From an uncultured Gammaproteobacteria bacterium (GTDB taxonomy: Bacteria > Patescibacteriota > Patescibacteriia > Magasanikbacterales > JBBTQS01): a DNA stretch of 64,000 nucleotides. Under the pieces are notes generated by a model that saw only the letters and a program-made list of their open reading frames with translations, was not told the DNA's origin and made no database searches. Positions within the stretch are counted from its first letter, which is position 1. Each line of letters begins with the position of its first letter. Both the position numbers and the translations under genes were made by a program. The stretch lies in the NCBI GenBank assembly GCA_965230935.1, contig OZ246400.1, positions 374,359 to 438,358 on the forward strand, in the 5' to 3' direction. Below, in pieces: positions 20,079 through 30,053 of the stretch.

Positions 20079-21177
20079 ATGGTACGTGGACATAAGAGAT
20101 AACATCGGCAAACGCCATCGTCTTAAAAGCCCTGAGAATAGCAAGAAAGGAGCATTGGCGTACGAGAGACTACTCTTGGGTCGGATCAGTCGTAATGAAC
20201 CACTCAGAGGCGTAGAGGATCAAAAATCTCCCTTGTTCAAGGATTTTGCACAGCAATGGCTTAAGAGCTACGTAGCATCAAACAATAAGCCTAGTGTGCA
20301 AACCACCAAACGAGAGATTATCGGAAACCACCTCACACCTTTCTTCGGGGCAAGGCACATAGACCAGATAACAGGTTGGATGATCGAGCAGTTCAAGACT
20401 AAAAAGCAGTCAGAAGGACTCGCACCAAAAACAGTGAACAATATACTCACTGTATTGCGAACATGCTTAAATCACGCACATGAATGGGAGCTGATTGAGA
20501 AACCAATAAAGATCAAACCAGTAAAGTGCCCAGAACCTAAGACAAAATACCTTAGTCGAGATGAGCTTTCATTACTCCTCTCAGACACAGAAGCTGGTAT
20601 GTGGAATGACATGATCCTGATTGCCACTCATACAGGAATGCGTTTTGGCGAACTCTGTGGTCTTCATTGGGAAGATGTGGAGCTAGACACCAAAACGATA
20701 TATGTAAGGCGTGCGCTAGTTAGAAAACTCCTCACGACACCCAAGAGTGGTAAGAAAAGAGCGATCCCAATGAGTGATGCCGTGGTGAAACGACTCAAGC
20801 AGATGCGGCGACAAGGAAAGTTTGTCTTTATGCGAGAAGATGGACGGGAGATCACCAAAGGAATGGGATTGCCAGAACTGCATAAAATCTGCGATAGGGT
20901 CGGTATTCAGCGAGTTGGCTGGCATACACTCAGACACACCTTCGCTACAATGCTAGTAGAGGGCGGAGAAAGCCTCAGAGTGATTCAAAAGCTTCTAGGT
21001 CACTCTACAATCCGCATGACAGAGCGATACTCTCACGTGCCAGATTCTTCACTTACCAAGGCTGTTCAGAAACTTGATTCAATCCAATTTGGAGAAAGTT
21101 TGGGCAGTATATGGGCAGTGGATTTTCTGCGAGAAACAGAAACAAAAATACCAGTAGGCACAAAAGCCTATAAATAA
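20041..21177 (+). CDS. tyrosine site-specific integrase
   Basis: C-terminal catalytic signature HTLRHTFATMLVEGGESLRVIQKLLGHSTIRMTERYSHV. Adjacent to a tRNA. Confidence 0.9.
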   Translation: MNMNMAVRIIDRKWYVDIRDNIGKRHRLKSPENSKKGALAYERLLLGRISRNEPLRGVEDQKSPLFKDFAQQWLKSYVASNNKPSVQTTKREIIGNHLTPFFGARHIDQITGWMIEQFKTKKQSEGLAPKTVNNILTVLRTCLNHAHEWELIEKPIKIKPVKCPEPKTKYLSRDELSLLLSDTEAGMWNDMILIATHTGMRFGELCGLHWEDVELDTKTIYVRRALVRKLLTTPKSGKKRAIPMSDAVVKRLKQMRRQGKFVFMREDGREITKGMGLPELHKICDRVGIQRVGWHTLRHTFATMLVEGGESLRVIQKLLGHSTIRMTERYSHVPDSSLTKAVQKLDSIQFGESLGSIWAVDFLRETETKIPVGTKAYK

Positions 21178-21213
21178 AAGAAAAAACTCCTCTCGGAGTT
21201 AAATCTTTCCTTG

Positions 21214-21287
21214 CGGACCGGACGGGACTCGAACCCGCGACCTCCGCCGTGACAGGGCGGCATTCTAACCAGCTGAACTACCGGTCC
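21214..21287 (-). tRNA. tRNA-Asp (anticodon GTC)
   Basis: Manual fold: acceptor GGACCGG/CCGGTCC, D-arm, anticodon stem CCGCC/GGCGG with loop CTGTCAC, T-arm GCGGG-TTCGAGT-CCCGT. CCA is not encoded. Confidence 0.9.
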
Positions 21288-21298
21288 GTGGAGTGAGT

Positions 21299-21326
21299 GA
21301 CAAGGAAATACTTGTATTTCCTTGTC
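21299..21326. repeat. perfect 12-bp-stem palindrome
   Basis: gacaaggaaata-cttg-tatttccttgtc immediately 5' of the tRNA-Asp gene. Confidence 0.4.
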
Positions 21327-21588
21327 CGAACGGAGCGGGCCGGTCTCCTGAATCCAGCTTTGTTGGATGAAGGTAGACAGGTCCGAATGATCATACTATC
21401 TCACTAGCGTCAATACTATATACTAAACCCTTTTTCTTGTCTAGACATGTATATCCCCAAAATCAAAAGAGTCCGTATCTGCTTGATCACCGTTCGGTGA
21501 GCTGATACGAACTCTAATGGTTGTTGTGTTGTTATGTTTGTGCGATCGGCCAGCTTACGCTAGCCGCTGAGGTCGTCGCCCGCGACGA

Positions 21589-22761
21589 TCAGTCGCAGAC
21601 GTCCCCGGCGCCGTCGCCGTCCGCGTCCGCCTGGTTGGGGTTGGGGACGCTCGGGCAGTTGTCCAACGCGTCGGGAACCCCATCGGCATCGGCATCCGCC
21701 TCGCACATGTCCCACACCTGGCAGCTGAAGCCGGCGGCGCACGTGCCGCAGCTCCCGCCGCAGCCATCGCCGCCGCACTCGAAGCCATCGCAGTCCGGAG
21801 TGCAGTCCTCGACGCAGGCGCCCGAAGCGCAGACGCTCTCGGCACCGGCCGAGTCCAGGCACGGGCTCCCATCGAGCGCGTCGGTGTTCACGCACTCGTC
21901 CGCGTCCTCGTCGCACTTGTCGATCGTGGTGCACGCCTCGCCGTCGTCACAGGTCTTCACCGTGCCCGAGCAGGCGCCGTTGCTGCACGCGTCGCCGCTG
22001 GTGCAGAACAGGCCGTCGTCACACGGGTCGCTGTTGTTGACGGTGAGGCAGTCGCCGTTGGCGCTGGTGCCGTCGCAACTGTTCGTGGTGCACAGGTTCC
22101 CGTCGTCGCAGTCCTTGTCCGTGCTCACGCACTCGCCGCTCACGCACGCGTCCACGGTGCACACGTTCCCGTCGTCGCAGTTGTTCTCGTCGAACGGCGC
22201 GTTGACGCACCCGACGGCCGGGTCGCAGCTGTCGTTGGTACACGGGTTCCCATCGTCGCAGTCCGGCGCCGCGCCGCCCACGCACACGCCATCGGCGCAC
22301 GCGTCGGCCGTGGTACAGGCATCTCCGTCGCTACACGCGTCGCCGGTCTCCAGGATGTGCCCACAGGTCAGGGAGTTGCCGCAGAAGTCGGACGTGCAGG
22401 AATTCCCGTCGTCGCAGGCCTCGTTGGTCTGGCACGTGACGTCGCCGGAGCTGCAGTCGCTGAACTTGACGTACGCGCAGTTACCGGTCCCATCCCCGCT
22501 CGGGTTCATGACGCACTTGGCGCCCACGGCCTCGCCGGCGGGCACGCAGCTGTCGTTCTCCGCGAGCGACACGCACTCGGTGTCCGCGACGCAGGCGTCG
22601 AGGCCGGCGTGCAGCGTGCTGAAGCCCGAAGGCGCCTTCGGTCGCGGCGCTTCGACGCTGATGAGCGACTCCTCGCTCTCGCCGTTGGCGCAGCCAGTGA
22701 TGAAACAACAGAGGAGAAGATAGGCCAGGGTGGCCACGGTCATCGAGATCTTCGTACGCAT
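21589..22761 (-). CDS. Cys-rich secreted lipoprotein with CDDGNxCTxDxC repeats and C-terminal thrombospondin-type-3 Ca-binding repeat, GC-rich
   Basis: Lipobox [10 protein letters not shown]. More than 10 repeats of CDDGN.CT.D.C. C-terminus [33 protein letters not shown]. About 65% GC. Start taken at MRTKISM. Confidence 0.6.
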   Translation of the reverse strand: MRTKISMTVATLAYLLLCCFITGCANGESEESLISVEAPRPKAPSGFSTLHAGLDACVADTECVSLAENDSCVPAGEAVGAKCVMNPSGDGTGNCAYVKFSDCSSGDVTCQTNEACDDGNSCTSDFCGNSLTCGHILETGDACSDGDACTTADACADGVCVGGAAPDCDDGNPCTNDSCDPAVGCVNAPFDENNCDDGNVCTVDACVSGECVSTDKDCDDGNLCTTNSCDGTSANGDCLTVNNSDPCDDGLFCTSGDACSNGACSGTVKTCDDGEACTTIDKCDEDADECVNTDALDGSPCLDSAGAESVCASGACVEDCTPDCDGFECGGDGCGGSCGTCAAGFSCQVWDMCEADADADGVPDALDNCPSVPNPNQADADGDGAGDVCD

Positions 22762-23013
22762 GGAAAAGAGCTCCTTCTTGCGCTCGAGCCCCCCAACTAT
22801 GTGTCGAGAGGGTGTCTTCAAGGGAAACGTATGGCCACCCCGCGGCAGCCCACGAGGTAGTGGTCCTCAACATCATGTCAAAGAACACCCGCTGCCAGAC
22901 CAGAAGCCTGCAAGCGAGCGGAACCGTAGTAATAACCCAAACCAGGCCTACTACGAGAACATCATACCCTAGCATTTTGGTAAAATTATGTCAAGTTTAG
23001 ATTAAAAAATAAA

Positions 23014-23087
23014 CCACCAGTGTATTTTGAGACTTACTTCACAATTGCTCGAAGCAATTGTGCGTAAATCGAAGAATACACTGGTGG
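23014..23087. terminator. nested long hairpin downstream of dinB
   Basis: Outer 13-bp stem ccaccagtgtatt/aatacactggtgg enclosing inner palindrome caattgc-tcgaa-gcaattg. Confidence 0.4.
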
Positions 23088-23106
23088 CAAAATTTTTAAC
23101 CTAAAT

Positions 23107-24303
23107 TTAGCTAATTTTTCGAAATCCTACTTGCTCTTGGGCATATGACTGAGTAGAAGCCATAGCCCCATAAAATACTGAATATTCCCCATATTTGTTA
23201 TTGATTTTATCCATAGCTGATGTTACCTTCTGCGCTCTCTCATCAATAAACAGACGCTGTTGCCCACCAGCAAACCCCAATTTTGAAACCCCAACACCAA
23301 TAAGGCGGTACGGACTTATCACCTTCTGAGCACTAAACATACGGGTAGCAGCACCAAAAATCGCATATGACTCGCTACAATGAGGCAACACATCCTCATG
23401 AGCCGACTGTCCACTTCCGTCTCGACATCGCCAAAAACAAAATACTCGACCAGCATGCTTGTTTTGTCGTCGCATACGCCTCCCAACACGTTCGCACATT
23501 TTCATCAATACTCCACGCAACGCATCTGAGGAAGTGGTACGAAACGGTAATGAGTATTGTGCACTGATGGATTTTTGATCAGTTACCCGATCAGTTTGTA
23601 ACTCCTCAACTTCAACTCCATGAAGCTTGGACCAAAGTACATGACCAGTTTTGCCAAATAACCGAAATAGGGTAATGGAATCGGTACCGTACAAATCATA
23701 TAATGTGTATACACCAATACGTCGTAACTTACGCGCAACGCCTGGGCCAATCCCCCAGGCGCTTTGAATGTCCCGATTGCGATACCATTGCGGAATATCT
23801 TTTGCACCTAGCATCACTAATCCATCCGGCTTCATTGAGTCTCCTGCAAGTTTGGCCAAGAATCGAGTTGGCGCAATCCCAATTGATGCTTTGATCCAAT
23901 CACCAATCTCTTTTGAGATACGATGTTTGATCTCATGCGCAAGTGCCAGTGCTTGCTCTGGGGTTCGCGCTACCCAGTCGATGTTGAGAAACGCCTCATC
24001 AATACTATATTGCTCAACTTGTGGGGAGTACTGTCGACATAATTGCATAAACGCTGCAGAGTACAGTCGATACTTACCTGGAGTACTGGTCATAGCAACA
24101 ACCTGCGCACATCGTGCTCGCGCATCGGCCAAAATCATACCAGTTCTAATCCCATATTCACGCTTCGCCTCGATAGAGGAGGCAAGTACCACACCACGCT
24201 TACCCATATATGCTAAAACCACCACAGGTTTACCGCGCAAACTCGGGTTGATCTGCTGCTCTACAGAAGCGAAAAATGAATTCATATCAATGTGCATGAT
24301 CAT
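23107..24303 (-). CDS. dinB: DNA polymerase IV (Y-family)
   Basis: N-terminus MIMHIDMNSFFASVEQQINPSLRGKPVVV, and Y-family palm/finger motifs. Start trimmed to 24303. Confidence 0.85.
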   Translation of the reverse strand: MIMHIDMNSFFASVEQQINPSLRGKPVVVLAYMGKRGVVLASSIEAKREYGIRTGMILADARARCAQVVAMTSTPGKYRLYSAAFMQLCRQYSPQVEQYSIDEAFLNIDWVARTPEQALALAHEIKHRISKEIGDWIKASIGIAPTRFLAKLAGDSMKPDGLVMLGAKDIPQWYRNRDIQSAWGIGPGVARKLRRIGVYTLYDLYGTDSITLFRLFGKTGHVLWSKLHGVEVEELQTDRVTDQKSISAQYSLPFRTTSSDALRGVLMKMCERVGRRMRRQNKHAGRVFCFWRCRDGSGQSAHEDVLPHCSESYAIFGAATRMFSAQKVISPYRLIGVGVSKLGFAGGQQRLFIDERAQKVTSAMDKINNKYGEYSVFYGAMASTQSYAQEQVGFRKIS

Positions 24304-24498
24304 AGACAATGTTATCCACAAAATGTTTCTTGACGTGTTTTTTCCATTCGTTATAATTTTGTTCAGTCTCGTTTTCGAGACAGAAAAACGCCGGGGCGGC
24401 ACTCCATCGCACGGCGTTTTTCGTTTGGACTTGCGTCCGTAATGTTGTACAACGCTATCCAAAGCGTATATGCGATTATTACATTTTATTTTTGTTTT

Positions 24499-25110
24499 TT
24501 AGACCCTACTAAATTGTCGGATGACTGCGCGTACTATGCCTTGGATATTGGGATCACGAGCGTATATTGGATCCATGGTTGAATTCGCCGGCTGCAATCG
24601 GATCCTCGCCTTTTCTCGATAAAACTTTTTCAGTGTTGCATACGCATTATCAAGTAATGCCACAACAATATCACCATTACTTGGTGATGGATTTCTCTCT
24701 ACAACAACATAATCACCATCAAAAATACCTTCTTCAATCATGGACTCACCTTTAACCTGCAATACATACGAGTTAAAACTATCTACGACAAAGTTGGCTG
24801 GCACTGCGACCGTCTCATTTTGATCTTCAAGCGCCTCAATTGGCTCACCGGCAGTAATCAAACCTACTAATGGCAGTAAAATGGCCCGTCCGGTGCGAAC
24901 TGCTTTGCGCGTAGGGGTTAATGATCGTGCCTGACCCTCTGTTGCCTCTAAATATCCTTTTGCAATCAAATTCTGGACATGCTCATGTACCGTAGCAACT
25001 GACGAGACACCAACTTCTTGTGCAATTTCCTCAAGAGAAGGAGCATAACCATAATGCATGGTGTAATTGACGATAAACTCCAGAACGATTTTTTGCTTTG
25101 GTGTTAACAT
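24499..25110 (-). CDS. lexA: LexA repressor
   Basis: N-terminal wHTH, then an S24 peptidase domain (VKGESMIEEGIFDGDYVVV, catalytic Ser/Lys spacing). Confidence 0.85.
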   Translation of the reverse strand: MLTPKQKIVLEFIVNYTMHYGYAPSLEEIAQEVGVSSVATVHEHVQNLIAKGYLEATEGQARSLTPTRKAVRTGRAILLPLVGLITAGEPIEALEDQNETVAVPANFVVDSFNSYVLQVKGESMIEEGIFDGDYVVVERNPSPSNGDIVVALLDNAYATLKKFYREKARIRLQPANSTMDPIYARDPNIQGIVRAVIRQFSRV

Positions 25111-25117
25111 AAAAAGC

Positions 25118-25139
25118 AGTATGAATACAATTTCATACT
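25118..25139. promoter_or_regulatory. candidate LexA (SOS) operator upstream of lexA
   Basis: Perfect inverted repeat agtatgaa-tacaat-ttcatact. The core GAATACAATTTC resembles the Gram-positive CGAACN4GTTCG box. Confidence 0.35.
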
Positions 25140-25182
25140 ACCCGAATAAAAACCGAAAGTCAAGTCAACCTCTGTGGATAAC

Positions 25183-26574
25183 CTACAGCTCAACTTCTTT
25201 CATTTCAATTTGATCTTTATGCAAAGAAAACACCACAGCAACACTCCCCTTTTTCGCCAACTTCTTTGCGCGAATAAAACGCCGCATCGCTGCAATTTGA
25301 GTACGTAATGCAAATACTCTTGGGAACACTCCCCACAACAAATTGAGGCGCTGTGCATGCGCCGAGTCATGCGCATTCACCACAATTGGCAACTCCGGAC
25401 GAAACCGTCGAATGTGTGAGCTTAAATGCGCAGCACTTCGATCAACTAACAGTGCACTGACATCACTACTACGCGCCAACAATGACGCCAAACCAGCTAA
25501 TTCATCGTGATGCAAAAAATCCTGCATCCGAGTTACTGCCGGCAAATAGTCGTCAAATACTGATTGCTCTGTTTGGATGATTATCTCGGCCATGGTTCGT
25601 ACTGCTTCTACAGGATATTTCCCAGTGGCAGACTCTCCGGAGAGCATCGTGGCGTCAGTATGATCAATCACTGCATTGGCAACATCAGATATCTCGGCAC
25701 GTGTTGGACGTGGTTTGCTCACCATACTCCCGAGCATCTCCGTTGCCACAATCACCGCACGATTGGCAGCAATGGCTTTTTGCGCAATCTTCTTTTGCAC
25801 CACCGGCACAGCAGCGCCTTTGGTCTCGAGTGCCAAATCCCCACGAGCAATCATCACTGCATCAACCTGTTGCAAAATCGCATCAATATCATCGACCGCG
25901 CCCTTCATTTCAATTTTCCCAACAATAAGCGGCCACGGCTTTCCTTTAGGTAACCGCCGCTTAATCAGCGCACGTAATTGCACCACATCTTTTGCACTGC
26001 GAATAAACGAAAGAGAAACAATATCAACACCTTGCTGGAGTCCAAAACGTAAATCCTCTTTATCCTTTTGTGTGATGGTACGAACTGACAATGTAGCGCC
26101 GGGCACATTCACCCCTTTGTGACTTTTCAGCAGTCCGCCAACGACCACCTTGGTGACAATATCTTTACGATCAACCCGTTGAACCACCAACTCAAGCAAT
26201 CCATCATCAAGTAAAATATGATCGCCTTTACGAACATCTTTGTATAAAGTTTTTACTTGAAGCGGCACCGTACCTTTGCTTGGCTTAGCTGAACAAGAAA
26301 GCACCAGACTTGCGCCTTTACGAAGCGATATTCCATCATCTGGCACCTCACCAATGCGCATCTTTGGCCCTGACAAATCCTGTAGAATGGCGATAGGCTC
26401 ACCGGTTTTTTTTGCAACCCCTCGAATCGTACGCATCAACGCGCGATGTTGCGCATGCGTGCCATGAGAAAAATTGAGCCGAGCCACATTCATACCAGCA
26501 CGAACCATTCGAGTTATGGTATTTGCTTTTGTGCTAGCCGGACCAATAGTGCACACGATTTTAGTACGTTTCAT
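25183..26574 (-). CDS. pyk: pyruvate kinase
   Basis: MKRTKIVCTIGPASTKANTITRMVRAGMNVARLNFSHGTHAQH is canonical. Confidence 0.9.
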   Translation of the reverse strand: MKRTKIVCTIGPASTKANTITRMVRAGMNVARLNFSHGTHAQHRALMRTIRGVAKKTGEPIAILQDLSGPKMRIGEVPDDGISLRKGASLVLSCSAKPSKGTVPLQVKTLYKDVRKGDHILLDDGLLELVVQRVDRKDIVTKVVVGGLLKSHKGVNVPGATLSVRTITQKDKEDLRFGLQQGVDIVSLSFIRSAKDVVQLRALIKRRLPKGKPWPLIVGKIEMKGAVDDIDAILQQVDAVMIARGDLALETKGAAVPVVQKKIAQKAIAANRAVIVATEMLGSMVSKPRPTRAEISDVANAVIDHTDATMLSGESATGKYPVEAVRTMAEIIIQTEQSVFDDYLPAVTRMQDFLHHDELAGLASLLARSSDVSALLVDRSAAHLSSHIRRFRPELPIVVNAHDSAHAQRLNLLWGVFPRVFALRTQIAAMRRFIRAKKLAKKGSVAVVFSLHKDQIEMKEVEL

Positions 26575-26575
26575 A

Positions 26576-27829
26576 TTATTGCGTTTGGCCAAATTCACCG
26601 AGAATTACGCTAAGGTCAAGTTCTTGCGCATCGCGCAATATACCAAGGGTCACTTGATCCTCTGGAGCAAATTCAGCAATAACTTTTGCAAGCGGATTAT
26701 CTTGGGTGATGAGCTTATCATTAATACGAACAATCACATCACCCTCCTGTACACCGGCAAGCGCTGCAGGTGATCCTGGAATAACTCCGGGAGTGTTTGG
26801 GCCTTCGGCTGGGACAATATATGCTCCTTCATGTACTGAGAGACCAAGCGCATTAGCAGTTATCTGATCTAACAAACTATACCGTACCCCAAGCCATGGG
26901 CGCACAATACGACCAAATTTTTGTACCGAGTCAATCGCCCGCTTAGCAACATTAATTGGTGTGGCAAACCCCACAGACTGTCCTTGGCGGGATACTGCCG
27001 TGTTTACGCCAATAACCACACCGTCAAGCGAGATCAGTGGTCCACCTGAATTTCCAGGGTTGATTGCGGCGTCAGTTTGAATCGCCTCTTCAATGACTTC
27101 ATTAGAACCGCGTCCATTTCCCGCCACGACCCGACGATTAATGCCAGAGATAATTCCGCGCGTAACGGTGTTATCAAATTCTGATAACGCATTTCCAATC
27201 GCAATAACCGTCTGGCCAATGGTAATGCCATCTGAATCTCCTAACTGCGCAAATGGGAGATCGTTGGCTTCGATCTGAATAACGGCAATGTCATGAATGG
27301 GATCACGAGCCAACACCTGCGCAACAAATTCGCGGTCATTTGCTAAGGTGACGCGATACTCAGCATCTTCATCTTCAACCACATGACGATTCGTGAGAAT
27401 CATGCCATCTGCAGCAATCACAAATCCCGTCCCGCCCCCAACCTGTACCTTCTCACGCGGAATAGCTTCGGCAGATCCATCTGGCGATAATCCAAATGGT
27501 TCACCAAAGAAAAACTCATCAAAGAAAAAAGGGCCGGTCTGATTACTAATGGTGCGTCTTTCTTTAAAAATTCCAACACTTACTACCGCCGGACTTAATG
27601 CCTGCACCACACCGATCGTTGCCGCTTCTTCATCACGTAATTCAGCCAACCCATCTTTGATTTGATCAGGATCAACCTGAATCACCCCACCGACACTTGG
27701 GACACTCACTGCGTCACCGCGAGACAAACCACCAGCTGATAAAATCAAAAATGCAGAAATTGCACCCACTACAGCTGCAACAATAATCGAAAAATAGACA
27801 TTCCCTTGGTTTGGCTTATTCATTGGCAT
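26576..27829 (-). CDS. htrA: HtrA/DegP-family serine protease with PDZ domain
   Basis: Catalytic triad context with NPGNSGGPL. N-terminal TM anchor, C-terminal PDZ. Confidence 0.85.
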   Translation of the reverse strand: MPMNKPNQGNVYFSIIVAAVVGAISAFLILSAGGLSRGDAVSVPSVGGVIQVDPDQIKDGLAELRDEEAATIGVVQALSPAVVSVGIFKERRTISNQTGPFFFDEFFFGEPFGLSPDGSAEAIPREKVQVGGGTGFVIAADGMILTNRHVVEDEDAEYRVTLANDREFVAQVLARDPIHDIAVIQIEANDLPFAQLGDSDGITIGQTVIAIGNALSEFDNTVTRGIISGINRRVVAGNGRGSNEVIEEAIQTDAAINPGNSGGPLISLDGVVIGVNTAVSRQGQSVGFATPINVAKRAIDSVQKFGRIVRPWLGVRYSLLDQITANALGLSVHEGAYIVPAEGPNTPGVIPGSPAALAGVQEGDVIVRINDKLITQDNPLAKVIAEFAPEDQVTLGILRDAQELDLSVILGEFGQTQ

Positions 27830-28151
27830 TGTCTGATTCTGGCTTTACTCTATTTTGAAACGACTTGATCACTTCTTCCGGTGCAAACTTGCCGAGTCCT
27901 TTAAGCACCTGTTCCGGACCACTATTCACTATCGTCTCTTGCAATACACTAATCTTCCCCTGAATCCAACGCGGCAACAGTACCGTGCTGGCGATAATCG
28001 CCGCCGCTAAAATCAATAACTTAACCCACCCCCATACACTGCCAAGAATTTGTACTAATCGCACACGCTTAGTGGTGTGTAAGTTTTGCTCTGCCAACTC
28101 AATATTACGCTTGAGTAATTTGACGAGCTGCTTGTATTGTTCATCAGTCAT
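27816..28151 (-). CDS. hypothetical small membrane protein
   Basis: 111 aa with one TM helix. Confidence 0.35.
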   Translation of the reverse strand: MTDEQYKQLVKLLKRNIELAEQNLHTTKRVRLVQILGSVWGWVKLLILAAAIIASTVLLPRWIQGKISVLQETIVNSGPEQVLKGLGKFAPEEVIKSFQNRVKPESDNANE

Positions 28152-28156
28152 ACCTC

Positions 28157-28642
28157 CTATGTGCGACGCGACACGCGTGTGCCAGCTTTACGCTTGCGCG
28201 TTAATTTGTTAAGTTCGCGCTGAAAACTTTTGACATCTTCAAACTGACGGTACACACTGGCAAATCGAATGTACGCAATCTTATCAAAGCGCTTAAGATG
28301 TTTCATGACAATCTCACCAATTTGTAAACTTGGTATCTCGCGCTTTTTCTTTTTCTGAATATCTTGCTCGATTCGGTTTACTAGATTTTTAAACGCCTCA
28401 GCGGTGTACGATCGTTTTTCAAGTGATTTGTACAACCCGCGCGAAAGTTTGTCTCGAGTATAGGCTTCGCGTTTTCCATCACTTTTGACAACCACAATAT
28501 CAAGAATTTCTGCTTCTTCAATTGTAGAAAATCGAAATTGGCACTTTTCACACTCACGACGACGGCGAATTCCCATACCGTCGGAGGAGACTCGCGTATC
28601 AACTACTTTTGTTTCTTGATGTTTGCAGACCGGACAGTGCAT
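28157..28642 (-). CDS. nrdR: transcriptional repressor NrdR
   Basis: MHCPVCKHQETKVVDTRVSSDGMGIRRRRECEKC zinc ribbon plus ATP-cone. Confidence 0.85.
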   Translation of the reverse strand: MHCPVCKHQETKVVDTRVSSDGMGIRRRRECEKCQFRFSTIEEAEILDIVVVKSDGKREAYTRDKLSRGLYKSLEKRSYTAEAFKNLVNRIEQDIQKKKKREIPSLQIGEIVMKHLKRFDKIAYIRFASVYRQFEDVKSFQRELNKLTRKRKAGTRVSRRT

Positions 28643-28662
28643 AGCCCATCCAGTATACCACA

Positions 28663-29940
28663 CTAACCGCCCATTTTGCGACGAATAAACGCCGGGATCT
28701 CAAGCTCCTCATCAGCACCGGTATCCACCTCATCGACTGACTTGCGCTTGGGTTTTTTACTACTTTTTTTACTGCTTGGTGCAGGAGCTGGTGCTTCCTG
28801 CTCAGTATCAGAAAATGATTTGCGTTGAAATGTTGGTTGCGCAGTTTCTTGTTGCACAGCCGGAGTAGTAGTCGGGCGAGCCCCAAACCCATTGGTAGGT
28901 GCTGCTACGCCGCCTTGCGCAAAAAGATTTTTGCTAGGGGAAAACATACTGCGATCAATCTGTGGCTGCTCCACACGTGCCGGACGACGATCATCAAACC
29001 CAGTTGCCACCACCGTGATCTTAATCTCATCTTTGAGTCGATCATCAATAATTGCACCAAAGATTACCTTTGCATCCTCATCAGTATTTTCGGTAATGAC
29101 TTTAGCGGCTTCATTGACCTCTTGCATAGACAAATCAGGACTTCCGGCAACCGTGAAGAGGATACCACGAGCACCATCTACTGATACTTCGAGCAGCGGA
29201 CTTGCAATCGCTTCTTTGGCAGCAGTCACCGCACGATTTTCACCTGATCCACGACCAATCCCCATGAGCGCCGTACCACGATCAAACATGATTGATTTAA
29301 CATCGGCAAAGTCAACGTTGATAAGTCCAGGTGTGGTAATGATCTCAGAGATCCCTTGAACACCTTGACGCAACACATCATCAACAATTTTGAATGCATC
29401 AATCAGTGATGTTTTCTTATCAATGATTTGCAACACGCGATCATTTGGGATGCTAATAATAGTATCAACATTTGCCGCTAACTCTTCATAGCCATCATCA
29501 GCAATGTTGCGACGTTGTGCACCTTCGAACGTGAATGGTCTTGTGACTACACCCACGGTTAACGCGCCGGACTCTCGCGCAATCTTCGCGATTTCGGGAG
29601 CCGCACCTGTTCCGGTTCCACCACCAAGACCACAAGTAACAAACACCATGTCCGTTGCTTTAAACATGTCACGGATTTCATTTTGAGATTCTTCAGCTGA
29701 CGCACGACCGAGATTTGGATCCATACCAGCACCAAGACCACGAGTAACGGTACGGCCAATCTGTAACTTTTGAGGGGCCAAAGAATGATGCAATGCTTGA
29801 ATATCCGTATTGATGGCAACAAAGTCAACGCCCTTGATGCGTGCTGAGATCATGCGGTTAATTGCTGAGTTTCCAGAACCGCCAACACCAACGACTTTTA
29901 TTTTTGCGAATGTTTCAATTTCAGGTTTCACTTGAGGCAT
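28663..29940 (-). CDS. ftsZ: cell division protein FtsZ
   Basis: [16 protein letters not shown] tubulin signature. Start trimmed to MPQVKPEI.... Confidence 0.9.
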   Translation of the reverse strand: MPQVKPEIETFAKIKVVGVGGSGNSAINRMISARIKGVDFVAINTDIQALHHSLAPQKLQIGRTVTRGLGAGMDPNLGRASAEESQNEIRDMFKATDMVFVTCGLGGGTGTGAAPEIAKIARESGALTVGVVTRPFTFEGAQRRNIADDGYEELAANVDTIISIPNDRVLQIIDKKTSLIDAFKIVDDVLRQGVQGISEIITTPGLINVDFADVKSIMFDRGTALMGIGRGSGENRAVTAAKEAIASPLLEVSVDGARGILFTVAGSPDLSMQEVNEAAKVITENTDEDAKVIFGAIIDDRLKDEIKITVVATGFDDRRPARVEQPQIDRSMFSPSKNLFAQGGVAAPTNGFGARPTTTPAVQQETAQPTFQRKSFSDTEQEAPAPAPSSKKSSKKPKRKSVDEVDTGADEELEIPAFIRRKMGG

Positions 29941-30053
29941 AGATTCATCAATAGGTATGTGAACACTTTTTGTGCTCAAATACAATCTAAATACAAAATG
30001 TGGGCGTACCCACATCCGTAGTGTAACCTAGATATCTTTTTCTGACAATAGCA

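Larger units (their letters stand above)
8234..21237. mobile_element. ~13 kb integrative element in tRNA-Asp carrying DGR, RM system, primase-helicase, excisionase and tyrosine integrase
   Basis: Exact 27-bp direct repeats at both ends, one inside the intact tRNA-Asp 3' end. The integrase gene abuts the tRNA, and the cargo is typical of a mobile element. Confidence 0.7.

Noticed and set aside
21555-22975. Arg-rich ORFs on both strands across the GC-rich lipoprotein gene
   Set aside because: Typical stop-poor alternative frames of high-GC DNA. Only the 21589-22761 frame gives a lipobox plus regular Cys repeats.
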